Counted from the stretch's first letter, positions 1 to 8,742 are shown. The stretch: DNA of 16,315 nucleotides from Meiothermus sp. (GCA_033762915.1 JANRLD010000021.1:1-16315), one strand, 5' to 3'. A program made the numbers and translations. Notes: generated by a model not told the origin, from the letters alone.

Positions 1-201
1 GGCCTTTCTCGGCGGAGCTGTGGGGGGCCAGGGGGGCGAGTCTACCCGGGGCGCGGGGGGCTGGGGCGAGGGGGGGCTACAAGTGAAGCGGTGGAGGGAC
101 AGAAGGGAAAAGAGGATGCAGATCCGGTACTCTCCTCTCCAACTCCTTTTCCCGATCCGCTCGCTCACGTCTCACGGGCCTTTGCTTGTACCCTGGTCTC
201 C

Positions 202-1197
202 ATGAGCAAACGCCTAGAGGCCCAACTCGCCAAGGTCAAAGCCTTGCGCTATGCGGAAAACTCAGAGAAGAACCTCGAGCTACTGCGCGGCGCTTTGGGC
301 AGGGGCGAGGGGCTGGTGGTGGCGGAGGCCGCCAACGTCGCGGCGGAGTGGTACGCGGTGGAACTGGGGGCCGACTTGGTCGCGGCCTTCGACCGGCTGG
401 GCGTGGGGGGGTACGAGATAGATCCGCAGTGCTACGGTAAGCAGGCGGCTATCAAGGCGCTGCGCCAGCTGGGCTGGGGCGAGCCCGAAGTGTTCATGCG
501 GGCCTGCTGTCTGGTCCAGCTCGAGCCGGTCTGGGGCGACAAGGAAGACAGTGCCGCGCCGCTGCGGGCGGGTGCCGCCCACGCCCTGACCGAGTGCGTG
601 CGGGCCAGCAAAGAGCAGGTCTTGGGCACGCTGATCGACATGCTCTCCGACGCGGCCTGGACAGTACGGCTCGAGGCCCTCCGCGCTATCGCCAACAGCG
701 GCTATGCCGAGGCTCCGTGGCTCCTGCGGCTCAAGCTTCGCACGGGCGATCCGGAGCCCCGCGTGGTTGGGGCCTGCTTCGACGGACTGCTGGGCCTCGA
801 AGGGGCCGACGCGATCCCGCTAGTGGCGGAGTACCTGCGGCCGCCGGCCTCGGGGTCACGGCCGCCGGCTCGAGAACCCCGGCTCGACAACCCTTTGCTT
901 TCCGAGGCCATCGCCTCGTTGGCTTCCTCCAACCTTCCGCAGGCGGTCGAGAAGGCGGTAGGGCAGTGGGAGGCAGTAAAGTCCACGCCCCTCGCCAAGG
1001 TGCTGCTCGGCTCATTGGCGGCCTCGCCCCGGGGGGAGGCGCTGGAGTTCCTGCTTGGCTTGATCCGCACGGCTCCCAAGCCTATTGCCCAGCAGGTGCT
1101 CAGGGCCTTGAAGCCGCTGATGACCCGCACCGATGTGAGCCGGGCGGTAAAGGAGCAACTCGACCAGCGCTGCGACGGGTTGACGGTTGAGGGCTGA
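202..1197 (+). CDS. HEAT/PBS-lyase-like repeat protein (331 aa)
   Basis: Long ORF with helical repeat motifs (DAAWTVRLEALRAIA, DPEPRVVGACFDGLL, EAIASLA). The ATG at 202 (MSKRLEAQ) is preferred over the GTG at 91 because TACCCT (189-194) lies 7 nt upstream. Confidence 0.75.
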   Translation: MSKRLEAQLAKVKALRYAENSEKNLELLRGALGRGEGLVVAEAANVAAEWYAVELGADLVAAFDRLGVGGYEIDPQCYGKQAAIKALRQLGWGEPEVFMRACCLVQLEPVWGDKEDSAAPLRAGAAHALTECVRASKEQVLGTLIDMLSDAAWTVRLEALRAIANSGYAEAPWLLRLKLRTGDPEPRVVGACFDGLLGLEGADAIPLVAEYLRPPASGSRPPAREPRLDNPLLSEAIASLASSNLPQAVEKAVGQWEAVKSTPLAKVLLGSLAASPRGEALEFLLGLIRTAPKPIAQQVLRALKPLMTRTDVSRAVKEQLDQRCDGLTVEG

Positions 1198-1230
1198 AGA
1201 AGGTCGCAGCCGAGAGAGGTCAAAGGCCGA

Positions 1231-1271
1231 AGGCCGAAGGTCACTGGGATACCCACCCCGACCTTCGGCCT
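1231..1271. terminator. Stem-loop between convergent genes, built on 7-bp AGGCCGA-like repeats
   Basis: Perfect 12-bp inverted repeat AGGCCGAAGGTC (1231-1242) / GACCTTCGGCCT (1260-1271); no clear U tract. Confidence 0.55.
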
Positions 1272-1296
1272 CCGACCAGTGGCTGCTACCGCCGCC

Positions 1297-2184
1297 CTAC
1301 CGCCAGTCGAGGCTCACCACCAGTTGGCCCTGGCGCGGGCTGATGTCGACCTCCGCGTATTGGCCGCCGCGCTGGTAGTAGGCGTGGTAGGCCGGCCCGC
1401 GGCCCTCGAAGCGAACCTTAACCCAGCCCTTGGCCAGGAGGTCGTCGTGGTAGTAGCGAAAGACCTGCTCGATGTCGCCGTAGCGGTAGACCACCGAGTA
1501 GCCGCTGCCGCCCTTCTGCTCCCACACCACTCCCCAACGCACATTGGGGGCCCTCACCGCGAACCACGGCTGGGGGGCCGGGCGGGGCTGCGGGTTCACC
1601 ACCACCGGCGGCCGGGGGTTGGGCACTACCGCGCCCGACTGCTGCACGCTGTAGCGCACCACGTCGCTCACCCAGTCGTCTTGGGGCAGCGGGGTCACCA
1701 CGATGGAAAGGGCGCGGGCTAGGTTCGAGGCCCCCTGCACCCGGGTCTGGCCGCTGCGCACATCGGCGATCTGCGCAAGCGAAAGCGGCTGACGGCTGGC
1801 CACCGCGAGCACCTGATCCACGCCCGCCGGGCCGCTGATGGTGAACTCGTAGCGGGCTCCAGGCTGGGGGAACTGGCGGGTCTCGCCCGAGCGCATGAAG
1901 TTGTCCTGGTTGAGCTGGTTGGGCAGAATCAAGTCGATCTGGCCGTCGGCGTTGATGTTAAAAATGTAGACGTAGGCGTCTTGGTTGACGCGGGCTGAGA
2001 TCTGGATCTTCTCGCCGAAAAAGTAGGTCGAGTTGCCGTAGCCGGAGGGGTCTTTGTTGACCCAGGTCTGCACCTCGAGGTCGGTCAGGATGGGGTTGAC
2101 GATGATGCCCTGCGGAGTGAGCTGGGGGGCGGCCTGGGCCGCCAGACCGGCGGCAATTAGGGTAGAGGCGATGATTCGCTTCAT
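1297..2184 (-). CDS. Secreted DUF4384-domain protein with Pro-rich linker and C-terminal alpha/beta domain
   Basis: Signal peptide MKRIIASTLIAAGLAAQA; DUF4384-like core (GEKIQISARVNQDAYVYIFNINADGQIDLILPN...FTISGPAGVDQVLAVAS); GAGGAAAGGA RBS. Confidence 0.85.
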   Translation of the reverse strand: MKRIIASTLIAAGLAAQAAPQLTPQGIIVNPILTDLEVQTWVNKDPSGYGNSTYFFGEKIQISARVNQDAYVYIFNINADGQIDLILPNQLNQDNFMRSGETRQFPQPGARYEFTISGPAGVDQVLAVASRQPLSLAQIADVRSGQTRVQGASNLARALSIVVTPLPQDDWVSDVVRYSVQQSGAVVPNPRPPVVVNPQPRPAPQPWFAVRAPNVRWGVVWEQKGGSGYSVVYRYGDIEQVFRYYHDDLLAKGWVKVRFEGRGPAYHAYYQRGGQYAEVDISPRQGQLVVSLDWR

Positions 2185-2339
2185 GGGGTTCCTTTCCTCT
2201 GGGCGGGCGCGGTCTGCCCTGCGCCCTCGATAAACAGCCTAGGAAACCACCGTCCCCTTGCCGTGAAGCGGAGGTCAACAAAACTTTAGCTTGGCCTTGA
2301 GGGATTCTTTAGCCGGGCGGTGGTTCCTATACTTGAGCA

Positions 2340-2765
2340 ATGACAGTCCGCCCTTTGCTAGTAGATGAGACCGAGCGATACTTTCCCTTGCGCACTATGC
2401 TCTGGCCCGACGCCGACGCCCCCGAGGAAATCACCCAACTTCTTGCCGACCCCGAGGCGGTGATCTTCGTCGCGGAGGTCGAGGGCCGGCTGGTGGGTTT
2501 TGCCGAGGGCTCGCTGCGGAGATACGCCGACGGTTGCGAGAGCAGCCCGGTGGGCTACCTCGAGGGCTGGTACGTCCGACCGGAGTACCGCCAGCACGGG
2601 GTCGGGCGCAAGCTGGTGGGGGCGCTCGAGGGCTGGGCCAGGGCCAGGGGGTGTACCGAGATGGCCTCGGACACCGAGCTGCACAACACCCTCAGCCAGC
2701 AGGCCCACGCCCGGCTGGGCTTTGAGGAAGTCGAGCGCATCGTGCAGTTTCGCAAGCCGCTTTAA
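2340..2765 (+). CDS. GNAT acetyltransferase, aminoglycoside 6'-N-acetyltransferase AAC(6')-I-like
   Basis: Motifs GCESSPVGYLEGWYV, RQHGVG (acetyl-CoA motif A) and GCTEMASD..N..SQ..H..LGFEE.ER...FRK recall the AAC(6')-Ic/Iy subfamily; leaderless start after TATACT (2328-2333). Confidence 0.85.
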   Translation: MTVRPLLVDETERYFPLRTMLWPDADAPEEITQLLADPEAVIFVAEVEGRLVGFAEGSLRRYADGCESSPVGYLEGWYVRPEYRQHGVGRKLVGALEGWARARGCTEMASDTELHNTLSQQAHARLGFEEVERIVQFRKPL

Positions 2766-2940
2766 GTCTGCCGAAAAACCCGTCCAGCAGGGCGCAGACG
2801 AGGCCGCTTACTAAGGCGCTGCTAAGCCCCAGGTCATTGCCCTTACAGCCTCGAGGCGCAAGGTATGCCACACCGAGCAAGGCCGGCGTCTACACAGCCA
2901 CCGGCCGTTCTCGGGTGACACTCAAGGAGGTGTCAAAGCG

Positions 2941-3102
2941 ATGGCGACCAACAAAGGCAGGGGCTCCAATCTGACCCAGGAAGACCGCATCAAGGGCGGT
3001 CAGAACTCGGGTGGCGGCGGCGGGGCCGAGAACAACCCTGGAAACTTCGCCAACGACCGCGAGAAGGCTCGAGAGGCCGGAAAGAAGGGCGGCAAGCGTT
3101 AG
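2941..3102 (+). CDS. Small KGG-repeat general stress protein (YciG/YmdF-like), 53 aa
   Basis: Hand translation: MATNKGRGSNLTQEDRIKGGQNSGGGGGAENNPGNFANDREKAREAGKKGGKR*. GNFANDREKA.EAG.KGG is the YciG/YmdF signature; AAGGAGG RBS at 2924-2930. Not in the supplied ORF track. Confidence 0.9.
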   Translation: MATNKGRGSNLTQEDRIKGGQNSGGGGGAENNPGNFANDREKAREAGKKGGKR

Positions 3103-3128
3103 GTCGCGGATCGCCAAGGAGGATAAAA

Positions 3129-3545
3129 ATGGCCGAGAACAACAGCGACAAGCGGGGCTTCGCCTCGATGGATCCTGAGCGGCAGCGCGAAATCGCCAGC
3201 CAGGGTGGCCGGGCCGCGCACGAGTCGGGTAACGCCCACAAATGGACGCCCGAAGAGGCTAGAGAAGCCGGGCGGGCGGGCGGAGAGGCGATCTCTCAGG
3301 ACCGCGAGCACATGGCCGAGATCGGGCGCAAGGGCGGCGAGAGTTCGCAGGGCGGGCGCGGGGGCAGCTCTCAGGTGGTGTCGGGCGGGGGCGGCGGCGA
3401 GGGCCGCAACATCAGCGATGAGAGCCGCGAGCGGATGTCGGAGGGGAGTCGTAAGGGCGGCGAGAACTCTCGCGGCGGCAACCAGGGCGGGCGTCAGGGC
3501 AGCCACAACGTGAGCGAGAGCGCGAAGAAGGGCAGCTCGAAGTAG
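3129..3545 (+). CDS. KGG-repeat hydrophilic general stress protein (GsiB/Con-10-like)
   Basis: RGFASMDPERQREIASQGG, EEAREAGRAGG and DREHMAEIGRKGG repeats; AAGGAGG RBS at 3116-3122. Confidence 0.9.
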   Translation: MAENNSDKRGFASMDPERQREIASQGGRAAHESGNAHKWTPEEAREAGRAGGEAISQDREHMAEIGRKGGESSQGGRGGSSQVVSGGGGGEGRNISDESRERMSEGSRKGGENSRGGNQGGRQGSHNVSESAKKGSSK

Positions 3546-3564
3546 AGAACTGCCCGCTTGTCCC

Positions 3565-3600
3565 AGGGGACCGCTCGAGACAGTTTCTCGAGCGGCCCCT
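3565..3600. terminator. Hairpin between the convergent KGG and amidase genes
   Basis: AGGGG(A)CCGCTCGAGA-cagtt-TCTCGAGCGG-CCCCT; CTCGAG in both arms. Confidence 0.7.
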
Positions 3601-3614
3601 GCCTTGACCCCGCG

Positions 3615-5045
3615 CTACAGCGGACGGTTCCAGCCGTGGGTGGCCTCGAGCTGTGCCGCCAGGGCCAGCAGCAAGTCTTCGCGCAGGGGCGCGGCGACCA
3701 GTTGCACCCCCACCGGCAGGCCGTCTGTGGCCGCGAACAGCGGCAGCGAGACAGCGGGCTGACCCGTCACGTTCCAGGTGGCGGTGTAGGGGGTGAAGGC
3801 CTCGGCGCGGTTGAAGGCGCTCAATGGCTCGGCGGCCTCGGTGTTCAGCTCCCCGATGGGCAGTGGGCGCTCGGCCAGGGTGGGGGTGAGCAGGAGGTCG
3901 TACTTCTGGAAGAAGCCCACCAGCCCCCGGGCGTAGTTCTTGAGGGACTCGAGGGCGTTCAGGTAGGCCACCGCTGGGAGCTTCATCCCCATCTCGGTGA
4001 AATACCAGGTCAGGGCCTCGACATCGTCCGGCCTAGGGGGCCGGCCTTGTAGGCTGGCCCCCCACAGGGTGTTGGAGGCCACGCCCGAGGCCCACAAGGC
4101 CGTGAACTGCTCGATCAGTCGGGGGTTGACCCAGCCGGGCGGCTGAGCCCACTCCACGGCGTGGCCGTGGCGCTCGAGCAGCTCGGCCGCCTTCCGCACC
4201 CCGGCCAGGGTGAGGGGGTCGGGCTCGAGGCCGGTGGTGGGGGCGACGGACAGGGCGGCGACACGCAGGGGACCTGGGGGCTGGCGCAAGGCCTCGGCGT
4301 AGGTAGCGGCGGGCGGCGGGGCCCAGGTGCTATCGCCGACCTCGTAGCCCTGCAGCACGTCGAGCAGTCGGGCGCTGTCGGCGACGGTGCGGCTGACCAC
4401 GCCCTGGATGCCCAGGAAGCTGTCGCCCACGAAGGGCCCCGCCGAGAGGCGGCCCCTCGAGGCCTTCAGACCCACCAGCCCGCAGCAGGCCGCCGGAATC
4501 CGGATCGAGCCGCCGCCGTCGCTGGCGTGTGCCGCCGACAGGATGCCGGCCGCCACCGCTGCCGCCGCCCCGCCCGAGGAGCCGCCAGGGGTACGGTCGA
4601 GGTCCCAAGGGTTGCGGGTGGGGCCGTGCAGGCTGCCCTCGGTGACTGGCACGATGCCGAACTCCGGTGAGGCGCTCTGGCCGATCAGGACGAACCCGGC
4701 CTCGCGCAACCGGCGTACCGTGAAGGCGTCGGCCGGGGCCTTGTGCTGGGCGAACAGCCTCGAGCCCATCCGCCAGGGCTGGCCGGCGACCGGCGTCAGC
4801 TCCTTAATCAGCATCGGGACGCCCGCGAAAGGGCGCGGGTCGCCCGGTGCCACGGCCTTGGCCTGGGCCAGGGCGCCCTCGGCGTCGAGCCAAACCACGG
4901 CGTTAAGGTCTTGGTTGGCCGCGACGGCCTCGAGGCTGGCCTCCACGAGCTGGCTCGAGGAGACCTCCCCCCGGCGGATTAGCTCGGCCTGCTCGACGGC
5001 GGACTTGGACAGCAGCGGGTGCGACGGGAAGACTCGAGGGCTCAT
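3615..5045 (-). CDS. Amidase-signature family amidase (476 aa)
   Basis: Catalytic Lys (GVPMLIKEL), GGSSGG, SDGGGSIRIPA and C-terminal GLPVGVQL. Start MSPRVF at 5045; the longer ORF extension overlaps the divergent gene. Confidence 0.92.
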   Translation of the reverse strand: MSPRVFPSHPLLSKSAVEQAELIRRGEVSSSQLVEASLEAVAANQDLNAVVWLDAEGALAQAKAVAPGDPRPFAGVPMLIKELTPVAGQPWRMGSRLFAQHKAPADAFTVRRLREAGFVLIGQSASPEFGIVPVTEGSLHGPTRNPWDLDRTPGGSSGGAAAAVAAGILSAAHASDGGGSIRIPAACCGLVGLKASRGRLSAGPFVGDSFLGIQGVVSRTVADSARLLDVLQGYEVGDSTWAPPPAATYAEALRQPPGPLRVAALSVAPTTGLEPDPLTLAGVRKAAELLERHGHAVEWAQPPGWVNPRLIEQFTALWASGVASNTLWGASLQGRPPRPDDVEALTWYFTEMGMKLPAVAYLNALESLKNYARGLVGFFQKYDLLLTPTLAERPLPIGELNTEAAEPLSAFNRAEAFTPYTATWNVTGQPAVSLPLFAATDGLPVGVQLVAAPLREDLLLALAAQLEATHGWNRPL

Positions 5046-5104
5046 GGCGTTGGGATATCGTACCGCGCAGCACGGCCCCTGGTGCTTGTGGGGCAGGGTC
5101 CAGT

Positions 5105-5125
5105 AAGTGTATACTGTATACAATT
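5105..5125. promoter_or_regulatory. Palindromic operator (GntR-family-like) in the divergent promoter region
   Basis: AAgTGTATAC-T-GTATACAaTT, with a perfect 7-1-7 core at 5108-5122 in an AT-rich patch; it contains the -10-like hexamers TATACT (+) and TACACT (-). Confidence 0.65.
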
Positions 5126-5126
5126 T

Positions 5127-6500
5127 ATGGCAGACCAAAAAGCCGAAGTGCTGATCTGCGGCGCGGGCATTGCCGGCATCGCCGCCGCCTACCACCTCAG
5201 CCTGCGGGGGGTGCGAGAGGTTGTGCTGCTCGAGACGGGCGACCCGCTCTCGCTCACCAGCGACAAGTCCACCGAGGCCTACCGCAACTGGTGGCCCGGC
5301 GACCCGGCCATGATCGGCCTGATGAACCGCAGCATCGACTTGCTCGAGGGCATCGCTGGGGCCAGCCGCAACCGCATCAACCTTAACCGCCGGGGTTACC
5401 TCTACGCCACCGCCGACCCGCACAACATCGCCACCCTGGAGGAGGCCGCGGCCTCGGCGGCGGAGATGGGCGCGGGCGAGGTGCGCCGGCACACGGCGGG
5501 ATCAAGCCGCTACCAGCCTTCCCCGGTGACGGGCTTCGACATCGGCCTCGAAGGCGCCGACCTCCTCACCGACCCCGCGCTAATTCGCCGGCACTTCCCC
5601 CACCTGAGCCCCGCCACGGTGGCGGCGGTGCACGTCCGGCGGGCGGGGTGGCTGGGGGCGCAGCAGCTGGGGATGTGGATGCTCGAGCAGGCCCGCGCGG
5701 CGGGCGTTCGGCTCGTGCGGGGGCAGCTGACCGGCCTGCAAACCAAAGCCGGCCGGTTCGCTTCTGCCCACGTCCGGCGCCCCGACGGCTCGAGCCTCGA
5801 GGTTCACAGCCCAGTCTTCGTGAACGCTGCGGGCCCCATGCTGCAGGCAGTGGGGGAGATGCTGGGCCTCGAGCTGCCGGTCTTCGCCGAGCGGCACCTC
5901 AAAATGAGCTTTGGCGAGCACCTGGGCGTGGTCCCCAGAGAGTCCCCGATGCTGATCTGGATGGACCCCCAGCGCCTCCCCTGGAGCGAGGACGAGCGCC
6001 AGATGCTGGCCGAGGACGAGGCCACCCGCTGGCTCCTGGAGCCTTTCCCCTCCGGCGTACACTGCCGCCCCGACGGCCACGGCGATAGCACCACCCTAAT
6101 CGCCCTGTTCAACTACCACGTGGAGCCGGTCCCCCCGACCTTCCCCCTGCCTCAAGACCCCCACTACGCCGAGATCACCCTGCGCGGCCTCTCGACCATG
6201 CTGCCCGGCCTGCAACCCTACCTGCTCAAAACCCCCAAGCCCTGGATCGACGGTGGCTACTACCTCAAGACCCGCGAGAACCGCCCCCTGATCGGCCCGC
6301 TGCCGGTGCCGGGGGCCTATGTCATCGGGGCCATGTCGGGCTTCGGGATCATGGCCTCGAGCGCGGCCGGCGAGCTGTTGGCGGCCCACGTCCTGGGCGG
6401 CGACCTGCCCGCCTACGCCCCTGCCTTCCGCCTCGAGCGCTACCAGGACCCCGAGTACGTCAAGCAACTCGAGACCTGGGGCGACGGGGCGCAGCTTTGA
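5127..6500 (+). CDS. FAD-dependent oxidoreductase, DAO / glycine-oxidase family (457 aa)
   Basis: Rossmann motif VLICGAGIAG, FVNAAGP, RENRPLIGP and SGFGIM; ATG at 5127 just before the FAD-binding motif. Confidence 0.9.
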   Translation: MADQKAEVLICGAGIAGIAAAYHLSLRGVREVVLLETGDPLSLTSDKSTEAYRNWWPGDPAMIGLMNRSIDLLEGIAGASRNRINLNRRGYLYATADPHNIATLEEAAASAAEMGAGEVRRHTAGSSRYQPSPVTGFDIGLEGADLLTDPALIRRHFPHLSPATVAAVHVRRAGWLGAQQLGMWMLEQARAAGVRLVRGQLTGLQTKAGRFASAHVRRPDGSSLEVHSPVFVNAAGPMLQAVGEMLGLELPVFAERHLKMSFGEHLGVVPRESPMLIWMDPQRLPWSEDERQMLAEDEATRWLLEPFPSGVHCRPDGHGDSTTLIALFNYHVEPVPPTFPLPQDPHYAEITLRGLSTMLPGLQPYLLKTPKPWIDGGYYLKTRENRPLIGPLPVPGAYVIGAMSGFGIMASSAAGELLAAHVLGGDLPAYAPAFRLERYQDPEYVKQLETWGDGAQL

Positions 6501-6515
6501 GGGGGGAATAGAAAG

Positions 6516-6561
6516 GAAAAAGGCAACCCCCTCTCCTGAAAGCGGGAGAGGGGAAGTTGCC
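6516..6561 (-). terminator. Intrinsic terminator (META gene; possibly bidirectional)
   Basis: GGCAACCCCCTCTCC...GGAGAGGGG(AA)GTTGCC stem preceded on the + strand by GAAAAA, which is a U tract on the minus strand. Confidence 0.7.
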
Positions 6562-6593
6562 CCAACTGGGTGAGCGTCAAACAGGGCGAGCGT

Positions 6594-6998
6594 CTACAGC
6601 CGCTTGAAGGTCAGCACTTTGCCGGTGCCGACCAGGCGCAAGGTCTGGCCGTCGGGGCTGAGGCTGTAGCGGAGGGTGGCGCGCAGGGCGGCGGCGAAGT
6701 CTTGCTCGAGCCGCATCAGCGCGGGCTCGCAGGCCATCATGGTCGAGACCAGCGGGCCGAACTGGAGCGAGGTTTTGCTGAGGGTGTACGCCCCGCCCCC
6801 GGTGTTGCAGCCCAGGTAGCCCCCGGCGCGGCCCTCGGCGAAGCTAAGGGTGGGCTTGCGCTCGGCGGTGACGGTCTTGGTGCCGATCAGCCAGAGTTCC
6901 CACTGGGTGCCCAGTAGCGGGGCAGCGGGCGCGGTGGGCGCGGTCTGCGCGGTGGTGAGGCCCAGGGCCAGCACGAGGGGTGCCAGGAATCGCTTCAT
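6594..6998 (-). CDS. META-domain (HslJ-like) exported protein
   Basis: Signal peptide; LLGTQWEL, GYLGCN..GG.Y, STMMAC and MRLEQDF motifs with the conserved Cys pair. Confidence 0.9.
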   Translation of the reverse strand: MKRFLAPLVLALGLTTAQTAPTAPAAPLLGTQWELWLIGTKTVTAERKPTLSFAEGRAGGYLGCNTGGGAYTLSKTSLQFGPLVSTMMACEPALMRLEQDFAAALRATLRYSLSPDGQTLRLVGTGKVLTFKRL

Positions 6999-7180
6999 GC
7001 CTCGAGTATGGGCCGCCGCGTGAGCCCCTCGGATGTGGACGGCTAAATTGGCGCTTAACTCGAGGCCTTGATTAACCTTTACTAAACGGGCTTCTGGCAG
7101 AGATTGTTCTTCGTCGTGCGCCGTACTTCGCCAGTCCTGTGATTACACTTCTGCCGCCGAGACGGGTGGGCGGCCGGGCC

Positions 7181-7207
7181 AAAACAGAAGGCGGGCAAAG
7201 CCCGCCT
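7181..7207 (-). terminator. Intrinsic terminator of the ABC-patD operon
   Basis: AGGCGGGC-aaa-GCCCGCCT (7189-7207) with an A-rich left flank (U-rich tail on the minus strand), about 40 nt after the patD stop. Confidence 0.75.
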
Positions 7208-7244
7208 AAGGTTCTTGTGTATGACAGACAGCGTACGACCTCGC

Positions 7245-8690
7245 TCAGTGCTTAATCATCACGTGCCGGGCCACGGTGTAGTCCTCGAGGGCGTACATGC
7301 TTAGGTCCTTGCCATAGCCGGAGTGCTTTACCCCGCCGTGGGGCATCTCCGAGACCAGCATGAAGTGGGTGTTGATCCAGGTGCAGCCGTACTGCAAGCG
7401 GCTGGCGATGCGCATGGCGCGGCCCACGTCGGAGGTCCAGACCGAGCTCGAGAGCCCATAGTCGGAGTCGTTGGCCCAGCCGATGGCCTCCTCCACGTCG
7501 CTGAAGCGGGTTACCGAGACCACCGGCCCGAAGACCTCGCGGCGCACGATCTCGTCGGACTGCAAAGCGCCGGCGATCACGGTGGGCTCGTAGAAGAAGC
7601 CGCCCCCGCTCACCGCCTTGCCCCCCACCGTCACCTCGACGTGCTTGTTCATGCGGGCCCGCTCGACGAAGCTGGCGACGCGGCTGCGCTGGCGCTCGGT
7701 AATCAGCGGCCCCATCTCCACCCCGTCCTCGTTCTGAGCGCCCACCTTGATGCTCCCGACCGCGCTGGACAGCTCGGCCACGAACCTGTCGTAGATCTTG
7801 GCTCCGGCGTACACGCGGCAGGCTGCGGTGCAGTCTTGGCCGGCGTTGTAGTAGCCGAAGGTGCGGATGCCCGCCACGGCGGCCTCGAGGTCGGCGTCGT
7901 CCATCACGATCACCGGGGCCTTGCCGCCGAGCTCGAGGTGGGTGCGCTTGAGGGTGGCCTGGGCGGCCTCGAGCACCCTCCGGCCGGTGGCCACATCGCC
8001 GGTCAGCGAGATCATCCGCACCTGGGGGGCGTTGATTAGCCCAGAGCCGGTGGTCTCGCCCACGCCCGTCACCACGTTCACCACACCCGCCGGGAAGATT
8101 TCCGCCATGATCTCGGCCTGCTTCAGGAGGGTGAGCGGGGTCTGCTCGCTGGGCTTGATCACCACCGTGTTGCCCGCCGCGAGCGCGGGGGCCAGCTTCC
8201 AGGCCGCCATCATCAGCGGGTAGTTCCAGGGCGCGATGGAGGCCACCACCCCTACGGGGTCGCGGCGGATCATGCTGGTGTGGCCTGGCAGATACTCGCC
8301 AGCAATTGCCCCCGTCATGGCCCGCACCGCCCCCGCGAAGAAGCGGTAGCAGTCCGCGATGGCCGGGATCTCGTCGTTCAAGACGGCCGTGTAGGGCTTG
8401 CCGCAGTTGAGGCTCTCGAGGCGGGCCAACTCCTCGGCGTGCTGCTCAATCTTGTCGGCCAGCTTTAAGAGCATCAGCGACCGCGCTTGCGGGGTGGTCT
8501 GCGACCACTCGCCGAAGGCCTTGTCGGCCGCTGCGACGGCCTCGCGGACCTGTTCGCCGCTGGCCTCGTTCACCCGCGCCAGCACCTCGCCCGTCGCCGG
8601 GTTGAGGATGTCGTAGGGCGCGCCCTCGCCCGCCACGAACGCGCCGCCGATGTACTGCTGGGTCTGGCCAATCAGGGACTTAACTGCCAT
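7245..8690 (-). CDS. patD: Gamma-aminobutyraldehyde dehydrogenase (481 aa)
   Basis: ALDH motifs [21 protein letters not shown] and EVFGPV; signature segments [36 protein letters not shown] and [15 protein letters not shown] match YdcW/PatD; GAAAGGAG RBS. Confidence 0.92.
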   Translation of the reverse strand: MAVKSLIGQTQQYIGGAFVAGEGAPYDILNPATGEVLARVNEASGEQVREAVAAADKAFGEWSQTTPQARSLMLLKLADKIEQHAEELARLESLNCGKPYTAVLNDEIPAIADCYRFFAGAVRAMTGAIAGEYLPGHTSMIRRDPVGVVASIAPWNYPLMMAAWKLAPALAAGNTVVIKPSEQTPLTLLKQAEIMAEIFPAGVVNVVTGVGETTGSGLINAPQVRMISLTGDVATGRRVLEAAQATLKRTHLELGGKAPVIVMDDADLEAAVAGIRTFGYYNAGQDCTAACRVYAGAKIYDRFVAELSSAVGSIKVGAQNEDGVEMGPLITERQRSRVASFVERARMNKHVEVTVGGKAVSGGGFFYEPTVIAGALQSDEIVRREVFGPVVSVTRFSDVEEAIGWANDSDYGLSSSVWTSDVGRAMRIASRLQYGCTWINTHFMLVSEMPHGGVKHSGYGKDLSMYALEDYTVARHVMIKH

Positions 8691-8742
8691 TGCGTTTGCT
8701 CCTTTCAGTTGAACACAAGGGTAAAGGGCTACCCTATACCTT

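Noticed and set aside
1..86. Possible 3' end of an upstream gene (frame ending GGYK* at 86)
   Set aside because: Too short and G-rich to assign a strand or product.
91..201. N-terminal extension of the HEAT protein from the GTG at 91, and the 20..205 ORF
   Set aside because: The region is a low-complexity purine/pyrimidine hairpin-like intergenic stretch, and a leaderless signature supports the ATG at 202.
5019..5492. Apparent overlap of the 625-aa amidase ORF and the 493-aa oxidoreductase ORF
   Set aside because: The family motifs begin at the ATGs at 5045 (minus) and 5127 (plus); the extensions are open-frame artefacts of high GC.
7076..7180. Possible sRNA or small ORF between the META gene and the patD terminator
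   Set aside because: A TACACT hexamer is present at 7144, but there is no convincing -35, ORF or structure.
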